From: Callorhinchus milii
Taxonomy: Eukaryota
Direction: 5' to 3'
Length of the DNA stretch: 64,000 nt
Assembly (NCBI RefSeq): GCF_018977255.1
Contig: NW_024704742.1
Location: 71,798,001-71,862,000 of the forward strand
The notes beneath the pieces are model-generated. The model made no database searches. It saw only the letters and a list, made by a program, of their open reading frames with translations, and was not told the DNA's origin. Positions 1-13,017 of the stretch are shown here, in pieces (position 1 is the stretch's first letter; each line of letters begins with the position of its first letter). The translations under genes were made by a program, and so were the position numbers.

Positions 1-89
1 AGAGGGTGCGTGCCTGAGCAGGGCCAGAACACAAGTATGACAGTGAGGCTGCACTTGTTTGTCAAAGTATGCACACGCTGGAAGAATTA

Positions 90-1330
90 TTGTCGAGTTC
101 TGTAGCTCTACGGTTAGAGAATTCGCTTTGATTGTTTGATTCCCGACAGGGCAAAAAGGTTGGGCACGTTTCTTTACCCACAAGCCTCTGTTTACCTAGC
201 AGTAACTAGAAACCCGGTTGTTAGTCGATTGGCAGATCGCTTGTTAGAATCTACACTGTTTGTATACTGCTAGAATCATAATAGATGTTGTGAATGGGTT
301 AACTTTTAGGTTAAGTGTGGGGGACAACTGGACTGACAGTCATGGGATAGGACATATCTGGTTTTCTCTGTTTTTGAAAGAATAACGGACAGGGGTAGGG
401 GGGTCACCTCTTATCAGTAAATGACAACAAGCCACAGAGGTAATGGTCCAAGGTACCAGTCGACACAGGATCTCGACTGAGAAATAAGATTCTGACAAGG
501 CTGCCAACCGACAGAAGGCAACCCTCAAGAATAGCAATTAATGAGCAAGTTGCTTAAACTAGAGGACCTTGGTACCATCCCAGGACACTGATAAGTAATA
601 ACCAGTCACTTAAAAGGAATGTACTAATGATCCCACACCACAAGATAATGAGCACCAGATACAGTCCTAAACTGATCAATCCTCTATCTCAGACAATTAG
701 ATCAGATAACAGGGGTCTTAAGGACAATGTGTATGAGGGCTGAGGCACGCGAACCCAACATGATTTCGACCGGGTGATCTACTAATGTCCGCACCATGAT
801 TGGATGAACATTGGTATAAGAGTTCCGTTAACTTTGTGAAACGGGGCCGTCCCGGGTCGCGGGGACAAGGATACGGGAGATGGGGCCATCCCGGGCTGCG
901 GAGACAAGGGTACGGAGATGGAAGACTGAGAGCTAGAAACACTAAGACTGAGGATATCAGATGGAACATTGAAAGCTGTAAGCAAGAAGACTGAAAGCAT
1001 GAAGAATCAAGCTTGTGTATTGTAAAGACACAGTGTTGAACTCTTGAACTCGAGATATCTACGGTGGTATTATTCTGTTATAAGATCTGTTGATTGTACC
1101 GGTCTTTGGTCTGACCCATCGGGATATTAGGGAATAACGAACGAATAAAAATAAAACAGTCTGATATCTGGTTAAAGGAATTAGCATTATTTTCCTTACA
1201 GATTTGGCTGATTTTATTTTCTTGCACGCTTTTCCAGGGGTAATAATTCCTTCAAAAAAATAATAATTTGGTCAGTCAATCCATGACTGTTTGTGGGACA
1301 CTGCTATGCGCAATTGGCTATCGCCTACTT
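90..1330 (+). mobile_element. tRNA-derived DeuSINE split by the LTR (pieces about 90-241 and 1227-1330)
   Basis: Core tttacctagcagtaa…ccggttgttagtcgattggcagatcgct, then Deu-like tgtttgtgggacactgctatgcgcaattggct; matches other copies in the window. Confidence 0.7.
242..1226 (+). mobile_element. Probable solo LTR (ERV/Gypsy-type), 985 bp, inserted into a DeuSINE within SPR intron 1
   Basis: Starts TGTTAGAA and ends TTCTTGCA (TG...CA, imperfect inverted ends). Perfect 4-bp TSD CGCT at 238-241 and 1227-1230. The interrupted SINE (…ggcagatcgct|tttccaggggtaataat…) resumes across it. AATAAA at 1144-1149 near the 3' end; TATA-like GGTATAAGA at about 812. Confidence 0.75.
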
Positions 1331-1334
1331 AAAC

Positions 1335-2360
1335 AACTGCCTCTATTTCATCTTGGCACATGGATTCTCCTCCCGCCCCCGTCCGATCACCTGCGGGGTA
1401 TCCCAGGGTTCCATCTTTGGCCCTCTTCCTTTCCTTATCTATACGCTCCCTCTGGGTGATGCCATCCAGACACGGGGTAAACCTCCACATGTATGCGGAT
1501 GACACATAAAGCTACTTTGCCTCCTCCAGTACCAACTCCAACTCCGCTCAACTGACAACGGTCGTTCTGCTCGTTCGGGGAGGGGAAGGGAGTGACTAAT
1601 GGCATGGTCGAAGAGGAGGGGTTTGAGGCGGGACTTGAAGGAGGCTAAGGAGGGGGTGAGGCGGAGTGACTGGGGGATGAAATTCCAGAGGTTGGGGGCA
1701 GAGTGGCTGAAGGCTCTCCTGTCAATGGTGGGGCGGGTGGGTCAGGGGATGTGGAGCAGGCCAGAGCCGGCTGAGTGGAGGGAGCGGGTGGGTTGGTAGG
1801 GGGTAGGAGGTCGCAGAGGTAGGGTGGGGCGAGGCCATGGAGGGCTTTGTGGGTGAGGACCAGGATCTTGAACTGGATCCTCTGAAGGATAGGGAGCCAA
1901 TGGAGTCGGGTGAGAGTGGGGGAGATGGGTCACAGAGTTTGGTGCGGGAGAGGACACGAGCTGCAGAGTTCTGGATTATCTGCAGCCTATGGAGGGAGGA
2001 GTTGGGAAGGCTGACAAGCAGGGCATTTGCATAGTCGAGCCTGGAGGTGATGAAGGCATGAGCAAGAGTTTCAGCGGCCTGAGGGGTGAGGTAGTGGCGG
2101 AGTCGGGCAATGTTACGAAGGTGAGGGAATGCAGAGCGAGTCATGGCTTGGATGTGGGGAAGAAAAGACAGTTGAGGGTCGAACAAGACACCGAGGTTCC
2201 TGACTGGCGGTGAGTTGAAGTGTGCAACCATGGAGGTTGATGCTGTCAGAGCCTGAGGTGCTGAGGCGCTGGCGCGAGCCCATCAGGAGGGCCTCAGTCT
2301 TGTTCACATTCAACTGTAGGAAATTTGCTCTCATCCAGGACTTGATGTCCGACAGGCAGT
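1335..2360. mobile_element. Degraded L2 LINE fragments (RT piece on + at about 1335-1510; 3' ORF2 piece on - at about 1575-2360)
   Basis: Translations CGVSQGSIFGPL (RT motif) and [14 protein letters not shown]…[15 protein letters not shown]…IQNSAARVL, typical of the L2 ORF2 C-terminus. Confidence 0.9.
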
Positions 2361-3089
2361 TAAATGCTGAGATGCTACCCTGCATGCAGGGCACTATGTA
2401 AGTGCAAATTGTTCTTGTTGCCGTGTTTTGCCTACATAATATACAGTTAATTCACTTTAAGTATATTCTGTGAAATCTTTGAGACAACAACAAAATTACA
2501 TTTATAGAGCACCTTTCACGTCGGGAGGACGTCCCAAAGCACTGACATCTTGAAGACTTAATAAGGTGCTATATCAAATGCAAGGATTAATATTTTGCTA
2601 TTGCATCAGAATAAGCTTTACAATTGATACAACTCTTTCACATCAGCAGTATATTTCAGCGTGCTGCACAGGATTCATTGTAAAGTGTGCTGACTGTGTA
2701 TTTTGCAGGCCAGCACAGCAGCTAATTTGTAAAGGCAGCGTCCCACAAATAGTCATGGAGTGAGTGACCGATTTTATCTGGGGGATTGTTGGCCAGGACA
2801 CCAGGAGAGAGAAATTCACTTCTCCTTTCCCAACAGATCCGCGGGATCTTTAACGTCTACCTGAACAGGCGCAGACGGGATCTTGGTTTAACTTTCATCC
2901 CTTTGTTCCGACATCCTCAACCTCCCTGGCCTGTCCCTAAGACATACTGAACCTGTACGTAACCTAGGTGTCAGGTTACCTAGGGTAACCTGTCCTTTCT
3001 GCCCACACCCAGTCCCTGACCAGAACAACAACAACAATAAAGTTACATTTGTAGAGCACCTTTCACATCGGGAGCACATCCCACTTTCC

Positions 3090-3980
3090 TCCACCTCCAT
3101 CACATTGCCCGTCTCCGACCGTAACTCATACCCTACGCAGCCTAAACAATCATATACGCTTTCATCACCTCCTGCCTCGACTGTTCCACTGTCCTTCCCG
3201 TTGGTCTCTCAAGCTCCACTATTCATCAAATCGAACTGATTCAGAACTCTGCTGCCCCTATTCTCACCCACACTAAACTGGTATCCCCATTACACCAGTC
3301 CTCGCCAGGCTCCACAAGCTCCCAATCACTGAATGGATCTACTTCAAGATCCTCTCACTCATCTACAAATCCTTTCATACCCTGACACCTCCCTACCTCT
3401 CCGACCTGACTACTCCCCACTTCACCACCCGCTGCCTCCACTTGACCAGCTCTCGCCTCCTGTTTGTCCCTCATCCTCTCTGCTCCACCATCAGCGACTG
3501 TGCTTTCAGCCACACTTCAGCCTCTCACCTCTCCTTCCTGTCTTTTAGGTTGCGCTTAAAAACCTGACTCTTTGACTGGCTTAAGATTCACCGCCTCCTC
3601 CCCCCACCCCCCCGGCTCGGTGTCAGGCTCTGCCACTGTCAAACATTGCTCGACCCCACCCCACGTGAAGGGCGCCATGTAAATGCAAATTGCTGTTGTC
3701 GTTCACCTCCACCAATGCAGCACTCTCCCTCCCCAACCCCACGTCCCCAGCACAGCTGGAACGTCAGCCTGGACGCTGGGACCTTTGACCGTGCCTTCAG
3801 CTCCCCTCTCGACTCTCTACCCCCTCCTCGCTCCCTTCCCTCCCCTCCCCCTGACCATTTCCCGCCCCCCCACCCAATGCTCGGGTCCCGACCCAACCGT
3901 CCAGCGCCTTGGGGCGTCCTCCCGACGTGAAAGGCGCTCTGTAAATGGAATCCTGTTGTTGTTGTTGCTGCTGTTGTTGT
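3090..3980 (+). mobile_element. Two L2 3' end fragments with (GTT)n tails
   Basis: SRLDY/QNSAA-type remnants; terminal cgacgtgaaaggcgctctgtaaatg followed by (gtt)n. Confidence 0.8.
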
Positions 3981-4153
3981 CGGGCGCTCAGTCCAGTCAC
4001 TACACTCAACGGAACGTCTCCGGAAGTAGGTTTGGGTACACTTTAGCACAGGAGGCTGTGGGTTTAAGGACATAGGGACAGGATGGAGGCCTGCGTCCCC
4101 GCTCTGGGGGGGTTGTCCATGAAGCAGTGCAGAGACGCAGACAAACCTCTCAC

Positions 4154-4454
4154 CTGCATTGTTGAGGAGCAGCAGCCTCCGGGGACGGTGCTGCGGGAGC
4201 GCAGCCAGTGCGGCCCCCACTCCCTGCCCGGTGCTGAGGTCAGCGGGGACCAGGAGAACACGCAGCGATGGCTGTGAGGCGAGCACAGCCCTCCTCACCT
4301 CCTCCAGCCTCTCCCCAGACCTGGCCACCAGCACCAGACTGGAGGCCCCTGTGAGGCTGGGGGCGAGCTGCAGCGCCAGCTCCTTGCCCAAACCCCGAGA
4401 AGCCCCTGTGATCACACACAGGCACTCCCTGAACACGGTCTCTCTCTCTGCCAT
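4154..4454 (-). CDS. SPR: Sepiapterin reductase, coding exon 1 (SDR family)
   Basis: MAERETVFRECLCVITGASRGLGKELALQLA…VLVARSGERL…ADLST…LLLLNNAG: TGxxxGxG nucleotide-binding motif and NNAG motif. The exon ends in phase 1 at a GTGAGA donor (4153), as in vertebrate SPR exon 1. Downstream exons were not found in 1-4153. Confidence 0.92.
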
Positions 4455-4456
4455 CA

Positions 4457-4476
4457 CTGCTGCTGCTGCTGCTGCT
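4457..4476 (-). repeat. (CAG)6 microsatellite immediately 5' of the SPR start codon
   Basis: ctgctgctgctgctgctgct on the + strand, 2 nt from the CAT start codon. Confidence 0.85.
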
Positions 4477-4708
4477 CAGATCCCTCTCTCACTGACACAC
4501 ACACACTTCACAGCTGTGCTGTGACCGGATACATTGCTCAGAGGATAGACTATGTAAATTTTAAGGGCTGGGACTGAGAGAGATCACACCTCCCTCCCTC
4601 CCTCTTTCCCTCCCGATAATGCTGTAAACCGTAATGTCATCCTTGATTTGCATTTGATTACAGTTTGATTTTTTTCCTTTACAGGGGGTGATAATCCCTT
4701 CCCCTCAA

Positions 4709-5028
4709 AATAATAATAATAATAATAATAATCCGCGCATTTGATATAGCGCTTTTCACGTCGGGAGGACGTCCCAAAGCGCTTCGCAGTAAAGCGAATT
4801 GACTGTATATTTGTGGGCGAACGCGGCAGCCAATTGCGCACAGCAATGTCCCACAAACAGTTGTAGATTGAAAATGACCAATTTATTATTGTTTTGGGTT
4901 TTGGAGGGATTATTATTAGGCTCTGTGTGGAGTAAGGAAACTTGCCCAAGGTTTCGCCCTCTGCCTGGAACTGAACTCAGGTCTCTCACTTGCAAAGCGA
5001 GTGCTCTAACCACTGAGCTACAGGACTC
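4709..5028 (-). mobile_element. Young full-length tRNA-derived DeuSINE with L2-type tail and (TTA)n end
   Basis: Head GAGTCCTGTAGCTCAGTGGTTAGAGCACTCGCTTTGCAAGTGAGAGACCTGAGTTCAG (Pol III A/B boxes); Deu-like core; tail gggacgtcctcccgacgtgaaaagcgctatatcaaatgc shared with L2 3' ends. Confidence 0.88.
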
Positions 5029-5029
5029 A

Positions 5030-5940
5030 ATAATAATAAACTCGGTTGTTTGTGGGGCACTGCTGTGCGCAACTGGATGCCGCCTTTCGCCCACAAAATA
5101 CACAGTCACTCCGCTTTACAGTATATTCAGTGAAGGGCTTTGAAATGTCTCAAACACGTGATAAGGTGCGATATCAAATACAAGGATTATTATTATTACA
5201 GTGCATTACACCTTGCTGTCACCTCTCAAAGCACTTCGGAGGATTTATAATAAGAATAATAACAATAAATGTCATTTGTATTACGCCATTCAAGTCGGGA
5301 ATACGTCCCATTAATAATAATAGTATAACAATAATAATCCTTGCATTTGATATAGCACCTATGTCATCAAGATGTCTCAAAACATTTCACGGGATATGCT
5401 GTAAAGGGAAGTGATTGTGTGTATTTTGTGGGTGAAACCTGGCAGCTAATTGCACACAGCAGTGTCCCACACACAATTGTGGATTGAGTGACTTTTTTTT
5501 GGAGGGATTATTGCTCCTAGAAAGTGATCCCCCAACTGGGTTCCTACTTACTCCTAGATAAACAGGTGTGTGGAGTAAGGACATTTGCCTAAGATTCATC
5601 CTGGGTTTTCAAACCCGGGTCCGCTCGCTTGTGAGACGAGCACACTAACCACTACGCTGCAGAAGTGACTGTGTATTCTGTGGGCAAAAAGCGTCAGATG
5701 TTAAACCAAGCTACCAATCTGTACCTGCTGAAGTGGATGTTAAAGATCCGGTGGCTCTATTGGAAAAGAGAAAGGAGTTTCCTGGCCAACAATCCCCCAG
5801 ATATAATCGCTCGCTCACTTGATAGCTGTTTGCCAGGATATTGCCGTGGGCAAATGGGACGCTATATAAATGCAAGTTAATCGATTCCTGGACTTCTTGT
5901 TTGTGAGCCAAGTGCTCTAACCACTAAACTACAGGACTCC
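5030..5940. mobile_element. Cluster of older DeuSINE fragments in both orientations
   Basis: Repeated Deu cores, a tRNA-Val-like head on the minus strand at about 5600-5660, and a SacSINE1-like segment at 5700-5880. Confidence 0.7.
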
Positions 5941-6369
5941 ACTTCTACAGTTGTTGTTGTTGAACACATTTGATAATAAGAAAAATCACAGAACAAAACA
6001 TGATGAATCATGCAATGCCGCTAAATGGCCTTTCACATTTATTGCAAGTCAACAAAACAGTGGACAATACAAGAATATTAAAACAACAAGGTACTGATTT
6101 ACAATTGGACCCACAGGCACAGAGGCTGGAATCAGAATCCTGTTACCATGAATAATTATAGAACCATAGACCTTTACACACAGAGGAAGGACATTCAGAC
6201 CCTCTTGTCTGTCTTGGCTCTTTTAAAGAGCTATCCTTTCAGTCCCATTCACGCTCATACCCTGGTGTTTACTCCTTTTCAGGTCCATACCGACTTGTTC
6301 ACTCTCTCCGCTCAGCAGGCTCCAGTCTGCTCCATGTCACCCGCCCGGTCCGCCCCACCATCGGCAGTC

Positions 6370-6826
6370 TAACCCCCAACCCCCACCACCACATCCCCCT
6401 CCCAACCCACCCCACCTCCTCCCCCCCCAACCCCCACACCCATCCCCACCACCCATCCCCATCCCCTCCCACCCCCCCCACCACCCACCCCCCCCCACCC
6501 CCCCCACCACCACTTCCCCCAACACCTCCTCCCCCCCACCACCACTTCCCCCAACACCTCCTTCACCCACACCACCACCACCTCCTCCCCCGCTACACCA
6601 CACCACCCCCACCACCTCCTCCTCCTCCCCCCACCACCACCCCCACCTCCCCACCTCCCCCACCACCTCCTCCCCACTCCCCCCACCACCTCCTCCCCCA
6701 CCCCCCCACCACCTCCTCCCCCTCCCCCCACCACCTCCTCCCCACCCACCTCCTCCCCCACCCCCCCACCACCTCCTCCCACCCCCCTCCCCCACCCCCA
6801 CCACCTCCTCCCCACCACCTCCCCCT
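6370..6826. repeat. C-rich low-complexity tract (CCA/CCT/CCC)
   Basis: Near-pure C/A/T runs that produce spurious Gly/Val-rich ORFs. Confidence 0.9.
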
Positions 6827-6854
6827 GTAATACCCCGAAAACTAACCCGATAAC

Positions 6855-7250
6855 ACCCCCAAACTACCCCACTGACACCCCCTGAACTACCCCACTGACA
6901 CCCCCCAAACTACCCCACTGACACCCCCCGAACTACCCCACTGACACCCCCGAACTACCCCACTGACACCCCCGAACTACCCCACTGACACCCCCCAAAC
7001 TACCCCACTGACACCCCCCGAACTACCCCACTGACACCCCCCAAACTACCCCACTGACACCCACCGAACTACCCCACTGACACCCCCAAACTACCCCATT
7101 GACACCCCCCAAACTACCTCACTGACACCCCTCAAACTACCCCTCTGATACTCCAAACTACCCCACTGACACCCCCCAAACTACCCCACTGCCATCCCCC
7201 AAACTACCTCACTGACACCCCCAAACTACCTCACTGACACCCCTTAACAC
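6855..7250. repeat. Minisatellite, about 22-23-bp unit CCCC(G/A)AACTACCCCACTGACACC, about 17 copies
   Basis: Direct tandem repetition visible in the sequence. Confidence 0.92.
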
Positions 7251-8379
7251 CCCCAAAAAACTCCCCTAACATCCAAAAACTGTCCCTAACACCCCCAAAA
7301 CTATCCTGCAAACTATCCCATAATAGCCCCCCAAAACTACTAGCAACATGGCACCATGTGGGGCAATGGGTGAGGAAATGAGGCAGCTTAACTACCCGCT
7401 AGCACCCCAAAACTGACACGCCAAACTGCCCTCCCCAAACTAATCCACTAAACCCCCCCAATACCCCCAAACTACCCCTATAATATCCCCAAAACATATC
7501 CCCATATCCTCTCTCCATCCACCTCGAGCCCACAGTACTCAGTCCATCCAAACCTAACAGCTTCCTCAAACTCACGGTCCATCTAACTGGCCACACCCCC
7601 AGTACAAAGCGTCTGTATCTTTCCGCACTCTTCTCTTTTTCAGTTTATTGTATGATCATATTGTTAGTTTAGTATTACCTGTCAAGTGCTTTGTGATGAT
7701 GTGTTACATTGGGTCGGTATAAAGAACAAATTCCTAACCGTTCATAGCTGGTTCCAAGGAGACTTAAGCGCTCCAAGACGTTATATAAATGCTGTTGTTG
7801 TCGTTGATTATTTTGATGAGAAATCAAGCTCCCCTCTACTCTGTATCTGTTCATGTGGATGTTAAAGATCCTGAGGCTATTGGAAAATAAGGGAGTTTCC
7901 ATCTCTCAGTGTCTGGCTGACAATCCCCCAAATAAAATTGTTCACTCATGTTTGGTGGGATGTTGCTGTACACAAATTGGTTACCGCATTCACCCACAAA
8001 ATACACAGTCACTCCCCAGTAATTCCTGTGAAGCAACAACAACAAATTGCATTCATGTAGCGGCTTTCTTGTCAAATGGACATCCCAAAGTGCTACGAGA
8101 TGTCCTCCCAGCGTGTGTGATTGTCAGAGAGAAAGCAGAAGAGCTGCGCTAAGTTGTACTATTGTGCATTGGGTGTCGGGTCTGAATGTTGTAACCACAG
8201 TGGCTCAGTGTGGGGGAAGTGCCCCGAGATTGGACTGTGAACACCAATGTGGTTTCTACCCATTGACCAGCTTCCCTTTTTAGATGAAGAAATTGAGGTT
8301 TTTCCTCCATCGGCACAGTAAGTAAAGTCCACAGCGAGGGAGGTAGTGGACTACGTGGGGGGATGGGGAGGAATTAAGT

Positions 8380-8945
8380 AGGGTCTCCTCAGAACTGACT
8401 CCAAAGTGACATGTTTGGCAATGGAATTTCAGAATCGAGCCCACCCTCTGTGACGGTCTCTCGTCCGGTTCCTGAGCCAGGCGGGTCTGCAGTATTGCAG
8501 GGCACAGCTGATGACAGCACAGCCCAGCCTGGCTCATCGGCAGGACCTGGAAGGGCAGACCAGTCACTGGGGGTAGGGAATCCTCCCACTCAGCTCCTGT
8601 TAACCCTGCAAACCAAACCCTTAAGGGGTAGGGTTGTCCCAGCTGGACAAGCAGAGGGAAGGATTGCCAGACATTACTCTCAATGGCAAGCTATGCTGTT
8701 TTAGCTGGTTAGACTCCCAGCAGTTACCCCAACGCACACTCTGGGGTCCCCAAGCCTTGGCTCTTGCCAGTCTGCGCCTAATACTCTCCAGAATTAAGTA
8801 AACAGGACGCGTCCCTCCAGGGAGAGAGCGCACATTCCATTCCAACAATCCATCGCTGGGATTTCCGTGTGTAGGTGGGATACATGGAATTCTCAGTTTG
8901 GTTTGGATACTCTTAAGTATGGGGATATTCCATATGTGTCAGACA
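8380..8945 (-). repeat. Unclassified interspersed repeat family (longest copy in the window)
   Basis: Homologous segments at about 21210-21400, 22790-23090, 33090-33440, 35300-35490, 35995-36095, 41275-41545, 43065-43215, 46730-46870, 58020-58300 and 58670-59110. Confidence 0.75.
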
Positions 8946-9599
8946 CTCGTCTGACTAAAAAAAACAGGCAGACGAGGCCTTGGTTTAAAGTCTCAATGAA
9001 AGGACTGCATCTCTAACAATGTGCCCTCAGCACTGCACTGGAGTGTCAGCCTAGACTGGAAATTCAAAGTCCCTGACTTGGGGTTTGATCCCACACCCTC
9101 CTGATGCTGCAATGAGAGCCAGGTTGACACGGAGGTGGAAATCTGTGCCCGAAGCTCTGTTCTGCCAGCATAGAGGTGAGTGTAGGCTGAGGCAGGCTGA
9201 CACAGGCTAGAATGTGAGTAGCAGAGGTCAGAGTCTGCCAGTATGAAATTTCTACTCACTTGTTGTTTTGTAAAATTAGTTTCATGGAAAATCTTTCATC
9301 ATCAGGAAGCACTATTGCTTAGTCTGGAGTCCAGGCAGAGCATGTCAGCAGCAAGCTGTCCTCTTTGTCCTGTGTGCAACCGCTCTAGCCCTTGTTTCCG
9401 CTCCCTCCTCCCTTTGCCCAACTCTGTTCTCTCGTATCGTTCGCCCACAAATATACAGTCAATTCACTTTACAGTGTGTTCTGTGAAGCGCTTTGGGACG
9501 TCCTCCTGACGTGAAAAGCGCTATATCAAATGCAAGGATTATTATTATTATTATTATTATCGTTCGCTCCCCACTGCATTCCCCACTCAATCAGCCTGG

Positions 9600-10700
9600 C
9601 TCACCATTTTTCACTCTCGTCTTCGACTCAGAAGTTGTGGGTTCAATTTGTCTCCGCCAACGGGTTCTCTTCCAGCCCCGCACAGTCTTGTGTGGTGTCC
9701 CTCAGGGCTCTGGCCTTGGTCCCCTCCTCTTCAACCTCTATATGCTCCCCCTTGGTGACATCATCCACAGACATGGGGTCAACTTCCACATGTACGTGGA
9801 TGACATCCAACTCTACCTCTCTGCCTCCACCCTCAATTCCAGGACAACTGGCGCCCTGACAAACTGTCTGTCAGAGACAGACAGAGATCCATTAAAACCT
9901 GGATGAGAGCCAGCTGTCTACAGCTGAATGTCAGCAAGACTAAGGCCCTCCTGATTGCCTCACACCAGTGCCAAGGCAGCATCAGCCTCCATGGATATAC
10001 ACTCCACCTTACCAACCTGGGCATCTTGTTCAACCCTCAATTGTCCTTTCTCCCCCATATCCATACCATGACCTGCTCTGCCATTCCCCATCTCCACAAC
10101 GTTGCCCGACTTCGCCACTGCTTCACCCCTCAGATCTCCGAAACCCTCATATGTGCATTTGTCACCTCAAGGCTCGACTACGGACACTCCCTCCTTATCT
10201 GTCTCCTCAACTCTTCCCTCCACAAACTGCAGATGATCTAGAACTCTGTAGCTCGTGTCCTCAAGGCCCTGTGACCCCATCACCCCACCCTTGCCCGGCT
10301 CCACTTGCTCCACATCCCTCAAAGGATAGTATTCAAAATCCTCGTCCTCACTTTCAAGATCGTCCACAGCCTTGCCCCCTCCTACATCTCTGACCTGCTG
10401 ACCCCCTATCAACGTATCCACTCCCTCCACTCAGCAGGCTCCGGCCTGCTCCAGTTCTCCCGCCCGACCCGGCCTATCATCGACGGCCAGGCTTTCAGCC
10501 TCTCCGCTCCCACTCTTTGGAAATCCATCCCACAATCCCTTCACCATGATCCTTACCTCCTTCAAGGCACGACTCAAGACTCTCTTTTCGACCGTGCTTT
10601 CAGCTCTCCTACCGCCTCTGCCCTGCCTCATTCCAACTCTGTCCCCCACGCTCAGGTCCTGATCCCTGATTGTTCAGTGCCTTGGAACATCCTCCTGGGA
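9600..10700 (+). mobile_element. L2 LINE 3' portion (RT to 3' end), frameshifted
   Basis: [25 protein letters not shown]…[46 protein letters not shown]. Confidence 0.92.
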
Positions 10701-11820
10701 CCGCATTGTCAGAGAAGCCATCCTTTGGATGAGACGTTAATGCCAGCTCCCGTCAGTTGGACGTTAAAAATCCCACAATGTTTTTGGAAAAGAAAAGGGA
10801 GTTTCTCTCATGTCCTGCCTGACAATCCCCCAGATAAAATCACTGGATGGCTGTTTGTGGGACATTGCTGTGAGCAAATTTGCTGCAGTGTTTGCCCACA
10901 AAATGCGCATCCAGCATTTTCAAGTCCTTTGAGACTCCTGCTGCAGTGTAAGCTGCTATATAAATGTGTATTGTCTTGTAAAATATACAGTCACTACACT
11001 TGACAGCAATTCTATATGAAGTGCTTTGAGAGAGTTTGACATTATATACTCTGTAAAAAAGAAAGGGATTATTATACATTGGCCTTCATTCACCTCACCC
11101 TGTCTGAGAACTCTGGCCCCAAATCCCCAATATTAGAGGAATGAGTTATAAGTGATGATGCTCTGTAGGCTGGCGTCCTGTAGGCACAAATGGAATGTCT
11201 CTGAGGAAATTTTATAGATGTCTAGATGTTAAATATATCGAGGGACTGAACCCAGGGCATGCTCTCTGATACCCCAGGGCAGCAGGACAAGAGAACAGGG
11301 GTGTGAAGATCATTTCAGTACACAGACTAGGAAGTATTTATTTGGAAAGAGACCATGAAGTATTGCTTAGCGCAGATACCAGAGAGCTGGGAACAGGGAT
11401 CACAGGAAGGGTTGTTGAGGCCAGCTCACTGGGACATGTTTAACAAACAGTTGGGCGCTGTCATGGGAGCATGGGCAGGCAGGTGGGGTTTGTGGGAGGA
11501 TGAGATCAGCTGAGCTGAAGAGTCTTCTTCACCTTGAACCTCTGGGGTGACCTTGGCTTCAACAATTGGCTTGAAATCCTCTCTCGTGCAGATAATGGGA
11601 AGAGATTATTGATTTTATTGAATTGTCGTTATTTCTGGCTCTGTGTAAGTCTGGAGCAGGGATTTAAATGCAGATCAGGGTTTTAGTAAAATGTGAGAAT
11701 GGTAACGTCTAATCTGAAGGACGGCGTCTCAAACAATGCTGCAGTCTCTCTCCACAGCACTGCAACTTTATGGGGGTAATAATGCCTCCACTCCCCCACC
11801 CCCTCCTCAAAAAAAATTCT

Positions 11821-11845
11821 NNNNNNNNNNNNNNNNNNNNNNNNN
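11821..11845. other. Assembly gap (25 N)
   Basis: Run of n characters. Confidence 1.
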
Positions 11846-13017
11846 CTCTCTGCCCCCACCCTCTGGAACTCCATCCCACAGTCCCTTCACCTCACCCTCT
11901 CTGTTGCCTCCTTCAAGGTCCATCTCAAGGCCCTCCTCTTCTACTGCGTCTTCGGCCACCCTCCTACCCCAACCCTGGCCTCCAGAGGACCCCTCCCGAT
12001 CACTTTCTGTGGGTAATAATCCTTCAAAAAAATAAAAATTGGTCAATCAATCAATCAATCAATCAATCCACGATTGCTTGTGAGACACTGCTGTGCGCAA
12101 TTGGCTGCCGAATTCAACCACAAAACACATAGTCACTCCATTTTACAATATATTCCATCAAGCACTTTGAGACGACTCAACGACATGATAAGGTGACAAC
12201 AACAACTTGCATTTATATTGCTCCCTTCACGCCGGGTGGTGACTCAGAGCGCTATGCCAAATACAATAATTGTTATTATTATCATACTGCTCTTCCTCGT
12301 ATGCCAGGTAAAGATGACAAGAGAGTGTGAAGAAGACCTTTCAGCCCACTCTCAGAATCTTTGCTCTCCTATCCCCTAGTACAGTATCAGCTGTTTGTTA
12401 AATGAGTCCAGGGGTCCTGGCCTCAACTGCCCTTCTTGGTGACCCAATTCGCTTTATGGCTGGGATAAATGTCTGCCGGGTCTGCCGATAAAAACAGTCA
12501 CTACACTTGAAGAGCAATCGTGATGATATGCAAATGCAGGCGCTTCCTTTTCTTAGTCCAGCTATTTTTCAACTAATTTCCTTTAACATAATAATTTTTT
12601 TTAAGATACTGTACACAAGGGGAGATTTATATATGGGTCAAAATTAGGATATTTATTGACAAATTCTGCTACTTATTTAAGAAACAAGGTAAAAAGTGTG
12701 TTTGAAATTCTCCTGATTCCCTGATTATGATAAAACCCAAATATGTTTGCCTGAGGTCACCATTGTGTGTCAGATGGTACAGCTCAGAAACAGGCCCACC
12801 AAGTCGGTCTGACACCTCAGTACAGTGCTGGGGGAGCGCTGCACTGTCTGAGGTGAATGTTAAAAATCCCGTGGCACTGTTCGAAAAGAGAAGGGAGTTT
12901 TTCCCAGTTTCCTGGCTAACAATCCCCCCAAAATAAAATGGCTTCCTGTAACATGCGCAGTCTCCACTTTACAGTAAATCCCATGCCTACGGTCACCTCC
13001 ACTTTCTTCCTGACAAG

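Noticed and set aside
800..994. 64-aa RG-rich ORF
   Set aside because: It lies inside the solo LTR, and its repetitiveness comes from a ~38-bp tandem duplication.
3639..4153. C-terminal extension of the SPR ORF to 272 aa
   Set aside because: Read-through past the exon 1 donor into intron and L2 sequence.
4960..5028. Functional tRNA genes (also 50480-50552, 51895-51965, 53450-53528, 60395-60468)
   Set aside because: The heads run directly into SINE bodies and have broken T-stems or acceptor stems.
9255..9372. Possible minus-strand exon (cacag…gtgagt)
   Set aside because: Stop codons in all three frames; could only be non-coding, and there is no further support.
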